NCBI GenBank assembly: GCA_050012255.1
Contig: JBEKHN010000004.1
Location: 58,267-122,266, forward strand
From: Candidatus Bathyarchaeia archaeon
Lineage (GTDB): Archaea; Thermoproteota; Bathyarchaeia; Bathyarchaeales; Bathycorpusculaceae
Direction of reading: 5' to 3'
Length of the DNA: 64,000 nt
Shown: in pieces, positions 59,966 to 64,000 of the stretch
Position numbering within the stretch: position 1 is the stretch's first letter
How the letters are laid out: every line of letters starts with the position of its first letter
Translations under genes and position numbers: made by a program
The notes under the pieces: generated by a model
Told to the model about the DNA's origin: nothing
What the model saw: the letters and a program-made list of their open reading frames with translations, nothing else
The model's database searches: none

Positions 59966-60530
59966 TGACGAGAATGCGACTGATCAACTGTATCATAAAC
60001 GATTTAAAGCTTACTGTAAATCAATGACTCCGCCTTAAACGCAGGGGTTTTGAATCATTTGAAAGAATACTGGTCACGCGCTCCCGTCGCGCGCTAGTCT
60101 CGATTTGGGTTACATCACCAACAAGTAACAGAAAACTCTAACCCTAGTTTATCCCATGTCCATGTCGTATAGAAGGCTCTAGTCAAGCTGAAGGAACAAT
60201 ATGGAGGCAAGACCAATTTAAGATAGACCTTAAAACGCAACCACCATAACCATGCAAAATTGAGCGCGCACGGAGTGTCGAGAGCGTATTGAGAGAGTCT
60301 GTTTATAAGCAAGCTTAGACGATTTGTCAGAATCGAATGTCAACCCGCACACGCGAGAACCGAAAAATATGGGTGACACTTAACAAGATCTGGCCTCTGT
60401 CTTTCTTCCATTCACGTGTGTACGGTATGGTCATTTGAGTTTCTTCTTAAGACTTTGGACAGCGTTCGAAAGTCCGCTGGACCAAACAAGACTTAAATCG
60501 CACTTGGGACAAGCGGAATCGAATCTGAAG

Positions 60531-61298
60531 ATGAAAAAGGCACGGATGGCGTTGGTAGTGGTAACTGCCGAGAGGTTGATCGAAGAACCTTACGCGTCGA
60601 TAGTGTGCTATCCCATGGCGACCAAGACGGAGCTGAGGAAGCGTCTGGTCGAGCTGAGAAAACTGGGAATAGCCGCCCTAGAGTTTGCGGGGGAGAAGCA
60701 GGTTTTCAACGTGCACGTGCTGGGCAAGGGCTGCGTCGGCATAGTAACCATTGCGTACAAAGACGGTGAGAAGGTCGCGCTGAAGATCAGGAGGACGGAC
60801 GCTGACAGAGCGAGTATGCGGCGGGAAGCCGCAATGCTTAAGAAGGCAAACGTTGTGAGCGTTGGGCCCAGACTCTTGGGAGTCAGCAAAGACTTTCTCA
60901 TAATGCAGTTCATCGAGGGCGAATTGCTTCCAAAATGGCTTGAAGAGAAAGTGGGCAGGGCACGGATGAAGAGGGTTCTACGCGACGTACTGGAGCAGTG
61001 TTGGAGACTGGACGTGGCCGGCCTGGACCATGGTGAACTGAGTCACGCGCCGAAACACTTGATCGTGACGGCGGAGGACAACGCTTTCATCGTTGATTTT
61101 GAATCGGCCAGCGTGAACCGAAGGCCGTCCAACGTCACCTCGGTCTGCCAATTCCTGTTCATCAGCGAGTTCTCGCGTAAAGTGGCAGAGAGACTCGACC
61201 ATAGAGACAAGAGGACCATGATTGACTCGCTTAGACGCTACAAGAAGATCGTGAACCGAAAGAATTTCGAGAAAGTGTTGGAGTCTTGCGGCCTCTAG
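60531..61298 (+). CDS. Archaeal atypical Ser/Thr protein kinase (RIO-like)
   Basis: LGKGCVGIV, VALKIRR, E, DHGELS catalytic loop, IVDFESAS. Confidence 0.85.
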   Translation: MKKARMALVVVTAERLIEEPYASIVCYPMATKTELRKRLVELRKLGIAALEFAGEKQVFNVHVLGKGCVGIVTIAYKDGEKVALKIRRTDADRASMRREAAMLKKANVVSVGPRLLGVSKDFLIMQFIEGELLPKWLEEKVGRARMKRVLRDVLEQCWRLDVAGLDHGELSHAPKHLIVTAEDNAFIVDFESASVNRRPSNVTSVCQFLFISEFSRKVAERLDHRDKRTMIDSLRRYKKIVNRKNFEKVLESCGL

Positions 61299-61480
61299 GC
61301 GATGTAGCCCGCTGTCGACTGTGCCCCCAGCCTGTCAGGTTCTAGGCCCAGCATCTTCAACTCTGTCACGAGCCGGGAAAGCTCCAGCCATGTTTCCACC
61401 TGAAGCTGCCTCGCAACCCGTCTCTTGTCGCACAGCAGGGGCACGTTGCCAACGAACACCCAGCCGCAAGACTCAGCCAT
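61295..61480 (-). CDS. Small hypothetical protein (61 aa)
   Basis: ATG 61480 preceded by GGAGAAGGGAG; ends ...AGYIA. Confidence 0.45.
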   Translation of the reverse strand: MAESCGWVFVGNVPLLCDKRRVARQLQVETWLELSRLVTELKMLGLEPDRLGAQSTAGYIA

Positions 61481-61817
61481 TCTCCCTTCTCCGCAAGAAA
61501 CTAAGCCGCTTTCATCTCTTATAACCACCTATGTAAGAACAAAATAGAAGAAATCTCTAGAGCATCGCCACATTCTGGCACATTCTCGGTTCATGCGTGC
61601 ACGCTTTTCTTAGAAGGCGTGGCTAGTTGCATCTTTCTATCTTTCCTTCCTTAAGCGCCTTGGAGATACTCGTTACCTGTCTCTGATACTTCCCGAAGAC
61701 TTATTTCAAACCATAGTGTACCGGTTCTGGGTTGAGGATTCTGATGCGCCTGAATACCATAGTTCTTGCAAAAACATAAATATTACTTTCTTTCCCTTTC
61801 GTCTTAGGAAGGGAAAA

Positions 61818-63059
61818 GTGTTGAAGAGAATGGTTCTCGGAATATTATTTGCGCTCTTGTCAGCCAGTATGTTCACGGCGGCTTTCAGCGTTCAACCGGC
61901 GAAAGCAACAGACGTTGATTGGTGGCCCATGTTCCACCACGACCTAACACACACAGGATACTCCACTTCACCAGCACCTACCACAAACCAAACTCTATGG
62001 ACCTACAGAACCGGCAGTCCGGTGTATTCTTCTCCTGCTGTTGCTAGCGGCATCGTCTACGTGGGTGCAGAGGACTTCAAGGTCTACGCTTTAAACGCCT
62101 CAACGGGCGCATTCATATGGAACTACACGACCGCCGGCGTCGTGCCTTCTTCTCCTGCTGTTGCTGACGGCATCGTCTACGTGGGCGCAGAGGACAACAA
62201 CGTCTACGCTTTGAACGCCACGACGGGCACGCTGATATGGAACTACACAACCGGCGGCTGGGTGGATACTTCTCCTGCTGTTGCTAACGACGTAGTCTAC
62301 GTGGGCTCATGGGACAACAACGTCTACGCTTTGAACGCCACGACGGGCGCATTCATATGGAACTATACGACCGGCGGGATCGTGTGGTCTTCTCCTGCTG
62401 TTGCTGGCGGCATCGTCTACGTAGGCTCAGTTGACTACAAGGTTTACGCTTTGAACGCCTCAACGGGCACGCTGATATGGAACTACACAACAGGCAATGC
62501 GGTGTGGTCTTCTCCTGCTGTTACTGGTGGCATCGTCTACGTAGGCTCATGGGACAACAACGTTTACGCTTTGAACGCTACGACGGGCGCGCAGATATGG
62601 AACTACAGGACCGGCGGTTATGTGGGTTTTTCTTCTCCTGCTGTTGCTGGGGGCATGATTTTCGTGGGCTCAGGTGACGGCAAGGTTTACGCTTTGAACG
62701 CCTCAACGGGCGCGCTGATATGGAACTACACAACAGGCAGAGCGGTGTGGTCTTCTTCTCCTGCTGTTGCTGGTGGCATCGTCTACGTGGGCTCAATGGA
62801 CAGCAATGTTTATGCTTTGAACGCTACGACGGGCACGCTCGTATGGAGCTACACGACCGGCGATTGGGTGCTTTCTTCTCCTGCTGTTGCTGACGGCATC
62901 GTCTACGTGAGCTCATACGACCACAAGATTTACGCTTTTGGTTCAGGCCAGGTAATACCCGAATTTCCGCCATACCTCGTTCTGCCACTCTTCGCGGCGA
63001 CAACTCTGTTAGCAGCGCTTCTCTTCAAACGGAAACGGAAGCGGAAAATATACACGTAA
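61818..63059 (+). CDS. Secreted PQQ-like beta-propeller protein with PEF-CTERM-type sorting signal
   Basis: Signal peptide, WWPMFHHD..HTGYS, eight blades, C-terminal VIPEFP + TM helix + KRKRKRK. Confidence 0.87.
   Translation: MLKRMVLGILFALLSASMFTAAFSVQPAKATDVDWWPMFHHDLTHTGYSTSPAPTTNQTLWTYRTGSPVYSSPAVASGIVYVGAEDFKVYALNASTGAFIWNYTTAGVVPSSPAVADGIVYVGAEDNNVYALNATTGTLIWNYTTGGWVDTSPAVANDVVYVGSWDNNVYALNATTGAFIWNYTTGGIVWSSPAVAGGIVYVGSVDYKVYALNASTGTLIWNYTTGNAVWSSPAVTGGIVYVGSWDNNVYALNATTGAQIWNYRTGGYVGFSSPAVAGGMIFVGSGDGKVYALNASTGALIWNYTTGRAVWSSSPAVAGGIVYVGSMDSNVYALNATTGTLVWSYTTGDWVLSSPAVADGIVYVSSYDHKIYAFGSGQVIPEFPPYLVLPLFAATTLLAALLFKRKRKRKIYT
62010..62940 (+). repeat. Highly homogeneous intragenic 120/123-bp tandem repeat, 8 copies
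   Basis: tctcctgctgttgct...gtctacgtgggc...tacgctttgaacgc...atatggaactacac recurring every about 120 bp. Confidence 0.88.
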
Positions 63060-63317
63060 TTAAGCCAGCCCGCCAACTTGGCATTCTGGCTGTCACTTCA
63101 GTCTTTTCCTCCGTGCCACAAAATGCGAGACCTCAACTGCAAGAATAAACAATCACTAATCCAAGGACAAGGTAGCCTGCGCCCGCACGTTAGTCGTTCG
63201 AATCTCCGCCAGTCAACGATTGAAGCGGAGTTACTAATGGTCATCCAAGAAAACAATAGAAGACTTTTCTATCAGTCCTTTCAAGCTGGTTCGACCAAGT
63301 TGGTTTTGTAAATAAGG

Positions 63318-63516
63318 CTGAGGGGAACTCGGCAACCCAATTTCGTTGTTCGGGAGATATCTGTTTCTTACCGCCAAGGAAACTGGTATAAGTGGCGGTC
63401 TGTCTTAGCAGTCGTGACCGAAAGGTTCATTAGAAATAACCCAAAAATAGCCCGTTTCTCTAGCAAATCGTCGTTGACGTGTACCTTCAGGATTCCTTTC
63501 CGACCCTTCAAGGGTC
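63318..63516 (+). ncRNA. Candidate multi-stem structured RNA (family unknown)
   Basis: Nested helices CTGAGGG/CCTTCAG, GGCAAC/GTTGTT, ACCGCCA/TGGCGGT, GACC-GAAA-GGTT, then GACCC/GGGTC hairpin. Confidence 0.35.
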
Positions 63517-63584
63517 TTACCTTCTTCTGTGAAAAGATTTAAAATACATTAGCAGCTAACTTGCTTCCTGTAACGGTGAAAGCT

Positions 63585-64000
63585 ATGGTCATAAAGAGGG
63601 AGGAGATGCAGGAGATAGTCAGAAGATACAGGGAACCTGTCGGACTGAACCTCGGGTCCCACTCTGCCTTGGACGCTTGGCAGGGCCAACGCAACTACGG
63701 CGTGAGGAGCATAATATACACGACGCCTGGGAGAGCGCGAATTTACCTTCAGAACCCCATGGTTGGCAGGTCAGGCGAGACCGTTGAAGACCTGCCAGGC
63801 CTGGTGAAGCGTGACCTGCGCGTCGTCAACGACCCTAAGGACATAAAGAAGAACGGAGACTGGAGAAGCGTCATACTCATACTTGACGAGTACTCTGACA
63901 TAGTCAAGTACGTCGACGAGCTCGTCGACCTGGAGTGTATGCAGGTCACGAACAGGGCCTTCGCCGTCTACGTGGGCGGAGACGAGCGGTGCAGCGTAAT
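63585..64000 (+). CDS. purP: PurP-family formate--AICAR ligase-like protein (5' part; runs off the window edge)
   Basis: Manual translation MVIKREEMQEIV...LGSHSALDAWQG...YG...VTNRAFAVYVGG; GSHSAL and NR.F..Y.G are PurP-family motifs. Confidence 0.72.
   Translation, partial: MVIKREEMQEIVRRYREPVGLNLGSHSALDAWQGQRNYGVRSIIYTTPGRARIYLQNPMVGRSGETVEDLPGLVKRDLRVVNDPKDIKKNGDWRSVILILDEYSDIVKYVDELVDLECMQVTNRAFAVYVGGDERCSV

Noticed and set aside
62010-62940. Repeats as a CRISPR array or DGR template
   Set aside because: They are in-frame protein repeats; there is no cas or reverse transcriptase gene, and the variation is not adenine-specific.
63318-63516. RNase P RNA, SRP RNA or a known purine/ZTP/PRPP riboswitch
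   Set aside because: The universal consensus blocks are incomplete; kept only as an unknown RNA candidate.
396-63949. Numerous 60-190 aa ORFs antisense to or overlapping confident genes
   Set aside because: Shadow ORFs with no recognisable motifs.

Overview
Archaeal chromosomal window, most likely Bathyarchaeia. This is an inference from an EF-2 paralog lacking the diphthamide histidine, ribosomal protein eL38, an intron-containing tRNA, NosD/PQQ/dockerin surface proteins and a PEF-CTERM tail. From left to right it holds: (i) a complete fatty-acid beta-oxidation gene set with ETF (1-10.2 kb); (ii) a redox block (14.6-23.5 kb) made of an HdrA whose fused MvhD domain has lost all Fe-S cysteines, a divergent HdrC/D-like protein, TrxB, and a tandem ferredoxin-MvhD protein translationally coupled to NfnAB; (iii) three tRNAs, several decayed genes, mgsA, a 1.5-kaa S8 protease and the EF-2 paralog; (iv) a methylmalonyl-CoA mutase/epimerase cluster with CoA-carboxyltransferase, pyruvate-carboxyltransferase and biotin-carrier genes but no biotin carboxylase or Na+-pump subunit, which is the gene set of a transcarboxylase (top candidate for an undescribed archaeal system); (v) class II RNR, small regulators, redox proteins, a kinase, a second PQQ propeller and the start of a purP-like gene preceded by a candidate structured RNA. 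No CRISPR array, rRNA or intact mobile element was seen. All calls come from motif recognition by eye; no database searches were run.
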